NCBI GenBank assembly: GCA_051886095.1
Contig: JBJEXU010000121.1
Location: 1 to 36,802 of the forward strand
Source of the DNA: Christensenellales bacterium
GTDB taxonomy: Bacteria; Bacillota; Clostridia; Christensenellales; UBA1242
Length of the DNA: 36,802 nucleotides
Direction of reading: 5' to 3'
How positions within the stretch are numbered: the first letter of the stretch is position 1; each line of letters starts with the position of its first letter. The notes beneath the pieces were generated by a model. It was given only the letters and a program-made list of their open reading frames with translations, had not been told where the DNA came from and did not search any database. Positions 18,729 to 26,511 of this stretch are shown piece after piece. The translations under genes and the position numbers were made by a program.

Positions 18729-19970
18729 TTAGTTAGTTTTTTTATTTGGATTTTCGTTTTTTGAATTAATTAATCTTGTGTAATCTTTAAGAGCTCTTGA
18801 AACAGCATCGTCCCAAGTAAGATATAAATCTTTAAACGCTTTTTCACAAACATTTTTATATTTTGTTTCGTCTTTAAAAATATCTATTATTGTATTTGCG
18901 TAATCTTCCTCGGAATTTTTAGATAAATAACCATTGACATTATGGTTAACAGCATCAGCCGTTGCAGCTTCCTCTAAGAAAAGTGTCGGTGTCTTTTGGC
19001 TTGACGCTTCAATCTGAACAAGAGAACTACAATCATATAATGATGGAAATAAAAACAAGTCTGCAAGTGAATATAACTTAGATATCTCTTTGCGATTTGT
19101 AATTTTGCCAAGAATTAAAATGTCTTTTTTTAGATGTAACTCTTTAATTAAATTTTTTAATTTTAATTCATCGGGTCCAGTACCTACAAAAAGCATTTTA
19201 AATTTAAGACCTTTTTCTTTGACTAATTTAAGACTTTTAACAATAAATAAAATATTTTTTAAAACGGTAAGTCTGCCTACAAATAAAAAAACTTTTTCAT
19301 CACTATTTATTTTATACTTTTCTTTAAGTTCGCTTATAAAACTCGTGTCACTTAAATATTTAAGGTCAGTTCCGTTATTGTGGACCTGAGGCAAGGCTTT
19401 GGCACCATACTCATTAAAATAAATCTCTGAAACATTTCGATTTACTGCCCAACATTCGTCACAATTATTAAATACTTTCATAATTTTTTTTAGTAGAATA
19501 TTAGATAACCATTTCCAGTTGTGAGTTTCCTTGAGAAAATCTTTTTTGTATTGACTATGCATTGTTGCAGCAACGGGTATATGATGCATTTTAGCGTATT
19601 GCATACCTATTTTACCCACTCCGAATGGTGAGTGAATATGAATTATATCTAAGTTAGAATTTTCAATTTGCTTTTTAAATTTGCGACTTAAATTTGGCAA
19701 AGGCAAATCGTAATCTAATCCATATACTGGAAACATTGGACATCTGACCACTTTATAAGGTAATGAGCTATCGTCAAAATTTTTTCTGGTTTTTGTTGTA
19801 AAAACTGTGACATCAGCAATTTCGTTTAATCTTCTTGCATAGTTGTCTACAACCATTATAACACCATCAACCATGGGGAAAAATGTATCAATAAAGAAAC
19901 CAATTTTTAATTTTTTAGTTTCTTCATTTGAAACTGAAATTTTATTCATAAATAATCCTTTTTTATTCAT
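18729..19970 (-). CDS. GT4 glycosyltransferase (glycolipid/diacylglycerol glucosyltransferase-like)
   Basis: 413 aa. KIGFFIDTFFPMVDGV N-terminus and a C-terminal GT-B region (FLFVGR...FLFPSLYD..S.V.IEA). The in-frame ATG at 19949 has the better SD (AAGGA) and is the likelier start. Confidence 0.8.
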   Translation of the reverse strand: MNKKGLFMNKISVSNEETKKLKIGFFIDTFFPMVDGVIMVVDNYARRLNEIADVTVFTTKTRKNFDDSSLPYKVVRCPMFPVYGLDYDLPLPNLSRKFKKQIENSNLDIIHIHSPFGVGKIGMQYAKMHHIPVAATMHSQYKKDFLKETHNWKWLSNILLKKIMKVFNNCDECWAVNRNVSEIYFNEYGAKALPQVHNNGTDLKYLSDTSFISELKEKYKINSDEKVFLFVGRLTVLKNILFIVKSLKLVKEKGLKFKMLFVGTGPDELKLKNLIKELHLKKDILILGKITNRKEISKLYSLADLFLFPSLYDCSSLVQIEASSQKTPTLFLEEAATADAVNHNVNGYLSKNSEEDYANTIIDIFKDETKYKNVCEKAFKDLYLTWDDAVSRALKDYTRLINSKNENPNKKTN

Positions 19971-20077
19971 AATAGTCCATATTTTTAAAATTTCTAAAAT
20001 GAATTAATTGTATTTTAACATAGATAAAATTTTATGGCAAATATAGTAAAATGAAAAAATGAAGATATTTTAATTTC

Positions 20078-20106
20078 TTTACAAAAGAATAGTAATATTG
20101 TAAAAT
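20078..20106 (+). promoter_or_regulatory. Promoter candidate for the MetRS-like gene
   Basis: TTTACA (20078-20083), 17-nt spacer ending TG, TAAAAT (20101-20106), giving an extended -10. Confidence 0.5.
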
Positions 20107-20148
20107 ATTGATTATGATATATTTGTAATCAATACTCAGGAGATAAAT

Positions 20149-22146
20149 ATGAAAGACTATGGGGACGAAAGACTAAAGAGAATGATAGAACACAGACCAG
20201 TTGCTCCTAAAAGGGCTGTGGTTACTGGTGGTATGCCTTATGGAAATAAAGATTTGCATTATGGACACGTACTAGGAATGTTTCTTTATGCTGACTTTAT
20301 GGCGAGGTTTCTAAGGGATAGAATTGGCAAAGATAATGTAATTTTTGTGTCTGGTACTGATTGCTATGGCTCACCTGCTATGGAAACATTGCGAAAAAAA
20401 CAAAGCGAGGGTTACACTGGAACTATGCAAGATATGGTTCTTGAGTATCATAATAGACAAAAAGCCGACCTTGATAAATTCCAAATTTCCTTAGATTTTT
20501 TTGGTGCAAGTGCGGTAGGTGAGGCTGTGCCTTTTCATAATCAAACAAGTGCGGAAATATTTAATAAATTATACGATAATGGATATTTGAAAAAGATGTC
20601 CACTTTGCAATTCTATGATGAAAGTAAAGGTGTATTTCTAAATGGTAGACAAGTTATAGGAAAATGTCCTTATGAAAATTGTGCAAGCGAGAAGGGTTAT
20701 GCGGACGAGTGTGACCTTGGTCACCAATACCAGCCTAAAGAACTTATTGACCCAGTTAGTACATTAAGTGGAGAAAGACCAGTTCTTAAAGAAATTGGTA
20801 ACTGGTATTTTGATTTGCCAAGATGTTTAGACCTACTTAATGAATGGGTGGAAAGACTTACTAAAACAGAAGCACGACCATTTTTCTTAAAAGAGATTAA
20901 AGAGTTCTTTAAAAAACCAGAAATCTATATTAAAAAAGACCAAATGGAAAAGTTTGAAGAGATTGGGTTTTTGCTTCCAACTCACGAACTTAGAGAGGAA
21001 AAGAGCAAAGCATCTTTTGTACTAGTATTTGACAAATTAGAAGATAGAGAATTTGCTTGTGAGATGCTTAGTGATAATGGAATTAGGTATAGAACGGGTA
21101 AAACATTAACACCTTTCAGACTAAGTGGAAATATCTCTTGGGGAGTTCCTCTTCCAGATAAAGATGGATTTAAAGATTTAACATTCTATGTTTGGCCGGA
21201 GAGTTTGTGGGCACCAATTAGTTTTACTAAAACATACTTAAATTCTTTAGGCAGATTGGACGATTGGAAAAAGTATTGGTGTAGCAAAGATAGTTATATT
21301 TACCAAGTTTTGGGCGAAGATAATATGTATTTTTATGGTCCAGTACAACACGCAATGTGGCTATGCACTCAAGGTAAAAATCCTACACTAGATATTCCAG
21401 AAGGCGAACTTAATATGTCGCACTTAATTGTTAATAAACACTCTTTGTTCCTTGGCAACAAGGCAAGTAGTTCGGGAAATATAAAACCACCTAAGCCAAA
21501 TGAATTATTAGAGTATTATTCGGTTGAACAATTACGAATGCATTTCTTAGGTTTAAGTGTTGGAACTAATTCTTCTTCGTTTACTCCTAAACCTTTTGAT
21601 CCAGATGCCAAACCTGAAGATATTGATCCTGTAACTAAAGATGGAAATCTATTAACTAATGTTTATAATAGAATACTGCGAACATTATTTTATACTTGGC
21701 AAAGCAGGTTTGATGGCGTGGTACCAGAAAGAAAAATCTCTGAAAATATTTTAAAAGATGCTACTCTAACTATTCTCAAGTACGAAAAACTAATGTTTGA
21801 TAATAAATTCCATATGGTTATGTATGAACTAGATAGTTATATTAGAAACATAAATAAATATTGGGTGGCAAACATTAAAACTTGCGAAGAAGATAATGAG
21901 AAACTATCTCAATTAATTGCTGATACCCTTCATATGTGCAAAGTTGCAATGGTTCTATTGCACCCAGTATCTCCTGTGAATATTGAAAAACTTGCTGAAG
22001 ATTTGAAGGTTAATAAAAATATATTTAGTTGGGAAACAATTAACAATCCAATATATGATTTTGTAGATGATAGAAACAACTATAGACCTAAATTTATTGA
22101 AGCAAGATATGATTTCTTTAGTAAGCCAGCCTGTCAATTTGAATAA
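20149..22146 (+). CDS. metG: Class I aminoacyl-tRNA synthetase, methionyl-tRNA synthetase-like (divergent)
   Basis: 665 aa. HIGH-type motif LHYGH, FVSGTDCYGSPAM, and a knuckle region GKCPYENCASEKGYADECDLGH followed by NWYFDLP, all collinear with E. coli MetG from memory. The KMSKS position reads KASSS. SD AGGAG is upstream. Confidence 0.75.
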   Translation: MKDYGDERLKRMIEHRPVAPKRAVVTGGMPYGNKDLHYGHVLGMFLYADFMARFLRDRIGKDNVIFVSGTDCYGSPAMETLRKKQSEGYTGTMQDMVLEYHNRQKADLDKFQISLDFFGASAVGEAVPFHNQTSAEIFNKLYDNGYLKKMSTLQFYDESKGVFLNGRQVIGKCPYENCASEKGYADECDLGHQYQPKELIDPVSTLSGERPVLKEIGNWYFDLPRCLDLLNEWVERLTKTEARPFFLKEIKEFFKKPEIYIKKDQMEKFEEIGFLLPTHELREEKSKASFVLVFDKLEDREFACEMLSDNGIRYRTGKTLTPFRLSGNISWGVPLPDKDGFKDLTFYVWPESLWAPISFTKTYLNSLGRLDDWKKYWCSKDSYIYQVLGEDNMYFYGPVQHAMWLCTQGKNPTLDIPEGELNMSHLIVNKHSLFLGNKASSSGNIKPPKPNELLEYYSVEQLRMHFLGLSVGTNSSSFTPKPFDPDAKPEDIDPVTKDGNLLTNVYNRILRTLFYTWQSRFDGVVPERKISENILKDATLTILKYEKLMFDNKFHMVMYELDSYIRNINKYWVANIKTCEEDNEKLSQLIADTLHMCKVAMVLLHPVSPVNIEKLAEDLKVNKNIFSWETINNPIYDFVDDRNNYRPKFIEARYDFFSKPACQFE

Positions 22147-22203
22147 AATACATTGTATTTTTGTACTAAATTAAAATTATTTGGCAAAACCTTAAGTAAG
22201 ATT

Positions 22204-22239
22204 AAGAAAAAGACTTGAGAACACCCAAGTCTTTTTCTT
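22204..22239 (+). terminator. Intrinsic terminator after the MetRS-like gene
   Basis: Perfect 14-bp stem AAGAAAAAGACTTG / CAAGTCTTTTTCTT with an 8-nt loop. The 3' arm is T-rich. Confidence 0.7.
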
Positions 22240-22316
22240 ATGAAACATTTGGATAGAATTGGAAAATAATATAGGTATAATTATATTGGTTTTATCTCAA
22301 AATAAAATAAATAAAA

Positions 22317-22760
22317 ATGGAGGTAAGACGAATGGACGCAAATCTAAAGAAGGTTCTACTAAATATGACATATTATACTTTAATAGGGACAATGATAGCA
22401 TTTGAAGTTTTCTTTATGATTACTCTTGCTGGCGCTACTATGGCTATGTGGGAAAAAGTTGTATATTATATTTTGTCTGGATTACTTGTAGCAGTTGTTA
22501 TTTATGATATTGTATGTACTTGTATGAATAGACAAAAATATATTTCGGGATTTATACTTTATGTTATTACTATTGCAGTAGTAGTGATTAGCCTTATAGT
22601 TATGGCAATTAATTCTGCAAACGGTAGATTGCTTATAGATATAAGTGAAAGATTTTTTAGAATTATTCTATTTAGTTATTTAATCAATGCTTTAGCAGTT
22701 CTAATTTATTGTACTGGCGAAAAGTTGATTGTTGTTGCAGACAATAGAATTAAGAAATAA
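22317..22760 (+). CDS. Hypothetical small membrane protein (4 predicted TM helices)
   Basis: 147-aa hydrophobic ORF. GGAGG at 22319-22323 favours the in-frame ATG at 22332 (MDANLKK) as the true start. No family recognised. Confidence 0.6.
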   Translation: MEVRRMDANLKKVLLNMTYYTLIGTMIAFEVFFMITLAGATMAMWEKVVYYILSGLLVAVVIYDIVCTCMNRQKYISGFILYVITIAVVVISLIVMAINSANGRLLIDISERFFRIILFSYLINALAVLIYCTGEKLIVVADNRIKK

Positions 22761-22783
22761 GTAATATTATTATAAGATATATT

Positions 22784-22818
22784 GCAACGAGCAAGAAAAA
22801 ATTGCTCGTTGCTTTTAT
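22784..22818 (+). terminator. Intrinsic terminator after the small membrane protein gene
   Basis: GCAACGAGCAA (22784-22794), 7-nt loop, TTGCTCGTTGC (22802-22812), then TTTTAT. Confidence 0.75.
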
Positions 22819-22931
22819 GTTCAGGGACAAGTTAAGAGAAAAGAGGCACAGTTATGCAATCTTTTGTAGAGTAACAGTTTCGACGTTGTAACATAGTAAC
22901 ATTTTGGAATTTTAATAATGATTTGGTTTGT

Positions 22932-22966
22932 AAAAAAATACCCTCAAATGAATGAGAGTATTTTTG
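22932..22966 (-). terminator. Intrinsic terminator for the YhhN-family gene (minus strand)
   Basis: On the minus strand, ATACTCTCA-ttcatt-TGAGGGTAT with one U:G pair, followed by T7. Confidence 0.7.
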
Positions 22967-22987
22967 TTATTAATTTGTAGTAAATTT

Positions 22988-23683
22988 TTATAATACAAAA
23001 AGTACTGCAAGTAAAATAATTTGTGCGGCATAATAAAGTGTATGGTTAATAGCAATATATGGTTTGCTTGCAATCTTACCACCAAAGTATTGGCAAGATA
23101 GTACAATGTCTGACAATAAAAATAACATTAGACCAATAGCGGTTAGCCATAAGCCTCCGCCTACAATGGCTAAAACAAAGGTATATGCTAGAGCAAAACT
23201 AAGAATGAATGTATATACTATTGTTTGAACTAGGTAATTACCGAAGTCTAAGCCCATTTTCTTTCCAGATAAAGTTGTTAATATTGTTAATAGGATTGCA
23301 ACTCCACTAGCGACTAATATTGGCATAAGTAAATTAGTATCACTTGCAAATATAGTGAACGCACCAATGTAGCAACAATGTCCTAAGAAAAAAGATGCCA
23401 TACCCATATTTAGATAAGTTCTGTCATTATCTGGATAGATAACTTTAAGGTCAAGAACCATATCTCCAATCATACCTAGAAGTAATCCAACAACTATAAG
23501 TATTCCTACCCAAGCATTTGAATTGCTTAAACCCAAAGCAATAATTCCTGATACTACAAAGCCGAGTGAGGCAAGTGTTTTAAGAACAAATGCAATAAAA
23601 CTACCTTTAATTGTTCTAACCACTATGAATATTATTGCAAGTATAGAACATACGACAATAAGCGATATTTCAAGTGCTGACAT
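22988..23683 (-). CDS. YhhN-family (lysoplasmalogenase-like) membrane protein
   Basis: 231 aa, polytopic, with GMIGDMVLD and FLLSDIVLS motifs typical of the YhhN family. SD AAGGGGGA is upstream. Confidence 0.7.
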   Translation of the reverse strand: MSALEISLIVVCSILAIIFIVVRTIKGSFIAFVLKTLASLGFVVSGIIALGLSNSNAWVGILIVVGLLLGMIGDMVLDLKVIYPDNDRTYLNMGMASFFLGHCCYIGAFTIFASDTNLLMPILVASGVAILLTILTTLSGKKMGLDFGNYLVQTIVYTFILSFALAYTFVLAIVGGGLWLTAIGLMLFLLSDIVLSCQYFGGKIASKPYIAINHTLYYAAQIILLAVLFVL

Positions 23684-23717
23684 AATTTTATTTCCCCCTT
23701 TTTGTTTTTACATTTAA

Positions 23718-23747
23718 ATTTTAAAATTTTGAGGGGAGTATTGTCAA
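23718..23747 (-). promoter_or_regulatory. Promoter candidate for the YhhN-family gene
   Basis: On the minus strand, TTGACA (23747-23742), 18-nt spacer, TAAAAT (23723-23718). Confidence 0.5.
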
Positions 23748-23784
23748 GTAAAGATATACAATATTAATTCTAACTTGTGTTTAA

Positions 23785-24603
23785 TTAGAAAAAGGACAAT
23801 ACAACTAGGATTGTGGATAAGGCGATAAGATAATATGAGAAGTATATAAGTTTATTCTTGTTAACAAGATTTGTCATAAGTTTAATACATAATATTCCAA
23901 TAATTGTGCATATAAGCATAGCAACGAGTAATGCAAAAATATTTATATTAAAGGTGCCTAAATTATCATCAAATATTTCCATTAAAAAACTTGCTATAAT
24001 TATAGGAATAGATATAAGAAAACTGTATCTTGTTGTATCTTCTGCTTTACACATTCGCCCTACTGCAATAGTGCTACCACTTCTACTAATTCCAGGAATA
24101 CAAGCGATGCCTTGAGTGAGTCCAATAATGATTGCTTGCTTATAACTAACTCCGATATTGGTGATAGTTGTGTCGATTTTACGCATGGTTTCTGACTTAA
24201 AATATGTAGTTCTTGACAATAATTGATTTTTTTCTGACAAATAATCACTAATACATAACAAGACGGCGGTTATTAAAAAGAACGCAAAAATATATTCACC
24301 ACTGAAAGTTTTGTCTATAATTGGTTTTAAAATTAGTACCACCAAACAAGTACATAAAGTAGTTACAATTATCTTTCTATTTGTTGGACAAAGCGGGTGC
24401 TTTATTAATTGTATAATTTCTTTCCTATAATATATAAGCACAGATAGAAGTGTTGCAATATGTAAAAGTATGCTAAGTAGTTTAACATTATTGTCAATGC
24501 CGAAAAAATTATAAAGAAGCACCAAATGCCCGCTACTGCTAATCGGCAAAAATTCGGTTAGTCCTTGAATTGTGGCAAGTAGTAATAGTATCCAAAAATT
24601 CAT
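23785..24603 (-). CDS. uppP: Undecaprenyl-diphosphate phosphatase
   Basis: 272 aa. N-terminal QGLTEFLPISSSGHL and the GISRSGSTI motif are characteristic of UppP/BacA. SD GGAGGGAG is 3 nt upstream of the ATG. Confidence 0.92.
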   Translation of the reverse strand: MNFWILLLLATIQGLTEFLPISSSGHLVLLYNFFGIDNNVKLLSILLHIATLLSVLIYYRKEIIQLIKHPLCPTNRKIIVTTLCTCLVVLILKPIIDKTFSGEYIFAFFLITAVLLCISDYLSEKNQLLSRTTYFKSETMRKIDTTITNIGVSYKQAIIIGLTQGIACIPGISRSGSTIAVGRMCKAEDTTRYSFLISIPIIIASFLMEIFDDNLGTFNINIFALLVAMLICTIIGILCIKLMTNLVNKNKLIYFSYYLIALSTILVVLSFF

Positions 24604-24612
24604 TATCTCCCT

Positions 24613-24740
24613 CCTTTAAAGCATATATGCCACGCAATACTGCGTTACTGCCGATTATTTAGACTGGTCATTTATATTAATAAACTCCCAGCCTAAACAA
24701 CTCGTCGAGCCTTGTCTTGCTTGCATCTATGCTTTAAAGG
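24613..24740. repeat. Imperfect palindromic element, copy A (128 bp)
   Basis: Basal arms CCTTTAAAGCATATATGC / GCATCTATGCTTTAAAGG (17/18 complementary). Apical arms TTTAGACTGG (24658-24667) / CCAGCCTAAA (24688-24697). It is GC-enriched relative to its flanks. The mismatches are G:U-compatible only on the minus strand. Confidence 0.85.
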
Positions 24741-24757
24741 GAGCAAGAGAAAGCAAG

Positions 24758-24868
24758 TGCTACGCAATACTGCGTTACTGTCGATTATTTAGACTAGTCA
24801 TTTATACTAATAAACTCCCAGCCTAAATACTCGTCGAGCCTTGTCTTGCTTGCATCTATGATTTAAAG
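24758..24868. repeat. Imperfect palindromic element, copy B (tandem with A, 130-bp period, lacks the left basal arm)
   Basis: Hand alignment to 24628-24739 gives 6 substitutions plus 1 indel over ~112 nt. Confidence 0.85.
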
Positions 24869-24985
24869 AAAAACAACTTATGTTACTAGTAGATTAAATT
24901 GTCTGGCATAATGCAAGAAATAGTATTAATACCTATTCTATGTGTGAAGATTTAATAATATTTCTATTAAGTAATTAAAAAAGAC

Positions 24986-25014
24986 TATCTTTAAAATTTT
25001 TTTTGTGTTACAAT
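24986..25014 (+). promoter_or_regulatory. Extended -10 promoter candidate for ychF
   Basis: TGTTACAAT (25006-25014), i.e. TGn plus TACAAT. The -35 (TATCTT) is weak. It lies 28 nt upstream of the ychF ATG. Confidence 0.4.
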
Positions 25015-25041
25015 ACATAAGATTTTAATTAGGAGATAAAA

Positions 25042-26136
25042 ATGAAAGTAGGAATTGTTGGTCTACCAAATGTTGGCAAGAGTACTTTATTTAATGCATT
25101 AACTAAACAAAATATACCAAGTGAGAATTATCCTTTCTGTACTATAGAGCCTAATATGGCTATAGTTGGAGTTCCAGATAATAGATTAGATGTTCTAGGC
25201 AAAATGTACAATACTAAGAAAATCACCCCAGCAATATTGGAAGTTGTGGATATTGCAGGACTTGTAAAAGGTGCTTCTAAAGGAGAGGGACTTGGCAATA
25301 AGTTCCTAAGTCATATAAGAGAAGTTGACGCAATTATTCACGTAGTTAGATGTTTTGAGAATTCTAAGATTATTCACGTGGAGGGGTCGATTGACCCAGT
25401 AAGAGATGTGGAAGAAATTAACTTAGAATTAATCTTAAGTGATTTGGAGAGTGTTACTAAAAGACTTGAGAAATCTCAGAAATCACTTAGAAATGGTGAT
25501 AAGAAATTAATTGCTGAGGTGGACTTGCTTAACAAATTAAAAGGTGTACTTGAAGGTGAGAAGCCTGTTAGAAGTTATCCAGCAAGTGAAGAGGAAAAGG
25601 AACTAATTAAAGGGTTCTTCTTAATTACAAGCAAGCCGGTAATATATTGTGCTAATATTTCGGAAATTTCGACAACTAATGCAAACGAAAGTGAGAATGT
25701 TAATAAACTTAAAAGTTTAGCTGAGAAAGAAAATTCAGAGGTTATCGTTGTTTCTGCGAAAATGGAAGAAGAATTATGCCTGCTTGATGACGACGAAAAG
25801 GAATTATTTAAAGAAGAACTAGGAATTACAAGTTTTGGTCTTGATAAACTTGTAGTTGCTGGATACAAAGCGCTTGGACTTATATCTTATTTAACCGCAG
25901 GAGAACAAGAGTGTAGGGCTTGGACGATTGTAAACGGTACCAAAGCACCTCAAGCAGCAGGTAAAATCCATACCGATTTTGAAAAAGGTTTCATTAAAGC
26001 GGAAGTAGTGTCTTACGAAGAACTTGTAGAACTTGGTAGTTATAATCTTGCAAAAGAAAAAGGTCTTGTGCGAATTGAGGGCAAAGATTATGTGGTGAAA
26101 GATGGGGATGTGGTTTATTTCCGCTTCAACGTCTGA
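25042..26136 (+). CDS. ychF: Ribosome-binding ATPase YchF
   Basis: 364 aa. G1 GLPNVGKSTLFNALT and the C-terminal TGS region RAWTIVNGTKAPQAAGKIHTDFEKGFI. SD AGGAG is upstream. Confidence 0.95.
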   Translation: MKVGIVGLPNVGKSTLFNALTKQNIPSENYPFCTIEPNMAIVGVPDNRLDVLGKMYNTKKITPAILEVVDIAGLVKGASKGEGLGNKFLSHIREVDAIIHVVRCFENSKIIHVEGSIDPVRDVEEINLELILSDLESVTKRLEKSQKSLRNGDKKLIAEVDLLNKLKGVLEGEKPVRSYPASEEEKELIKGFFLITSKPVIYCANISEISTTNANESENVNKLKSLAEKENSEVIVVSAKMEEELCLLDDDEKELFKEELGITSFGLDKLVVAGYKALGLISYLTAGEQECRAWTIVNGTKAPQAAGKIHTDFEKGFIKAEVVSYEELVELGSYNLAKEKGLVRIEGKDYVVKDGDVVYFRFNV

Positions 26137-26262
26137 TTTTCATTTATATACTTCGTCTAACTTCGTTTCTGCTTGAGTTATATAGACTAGTCATTTATAG
26201 ATAATAAACTCCTAGCCTATATAATCAAGCGAGCCTTGTTATACTCGTATCTAAATGAAAAT
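26136..26262. repeat. Imperfect palindromic element, copy C (127 bp)
   Basis: Basal arms ATTTTCATTTATATAC / GTATCTAAATGAAAAT. Apical arms TATAGACTAG / CTAGCCTATA. The conserved core GACTAGTCATTTATA...AATAAACTCC is shared with A and B, and the orientation is the same. It starts on the last base of the ychF stop codon. Confidence 0.85.
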
Positions 26263-26289
26263 TAGTTGATATAACGACTGAGGCTTATC

Positions 26290-26313
26290 GCGATTGCCGA
26301 GCCTTGTCTTGCT
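26290..26313. repeat. Truncated derivative D of the palindromic element
   Basis: GCGATTGCCGAGCCTTGTCTTGCT. The last 16 nt (CGAGCCTTGTCTTGCT) are identical to 24706-24721 of copy A. The first part resembles the copy A left arm GCGTTACTGCCGA. It looks like copy A with the apex deleted. Confidence 0.55.
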
Positions 26314-26511
26314 AGAAACTAATCAATCAGAAAGTGGATATAAGTTATATTCGGTATTTAAATGATTATTTGGTATTACGACCGAATGGTTGAAAGTGTT
26401 ATATGAAAAATCAGTCGATATAATGACTGAAAGAAATTGATTATTATCGATATAAATGAAAATTTTAGTAATATGTTTTTCTAATGAGCGGTTAGTAAAA
26501 TAAAAAGCCGA

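Noticed and set aside
16807-19970. tRNA-associated genomic island or prophage
   Set aside because: No integrase, no direct repeat of the tRNA 3' end, and no phage genes. The neighbouring Wzy-like and GT4 genes look like ordinary envelope functions.
19971-20148. T-box leader upstream of the MetRS-like gene
   Set aside because: The leader is only ~40 nt from the predicted promoter, is extremely AT-rich, and lacks the T-box sequence or a specifier/antiterminator architecture.
24613-24868. Possible CRISPR array (two ~110-130-bp direct repeats)
   Set aside because: There are only two units. They are far longer than CRISPR repeats, separated by a ~17-bp linker, internally palindromic over their whole length, and have no cas genes nearby.
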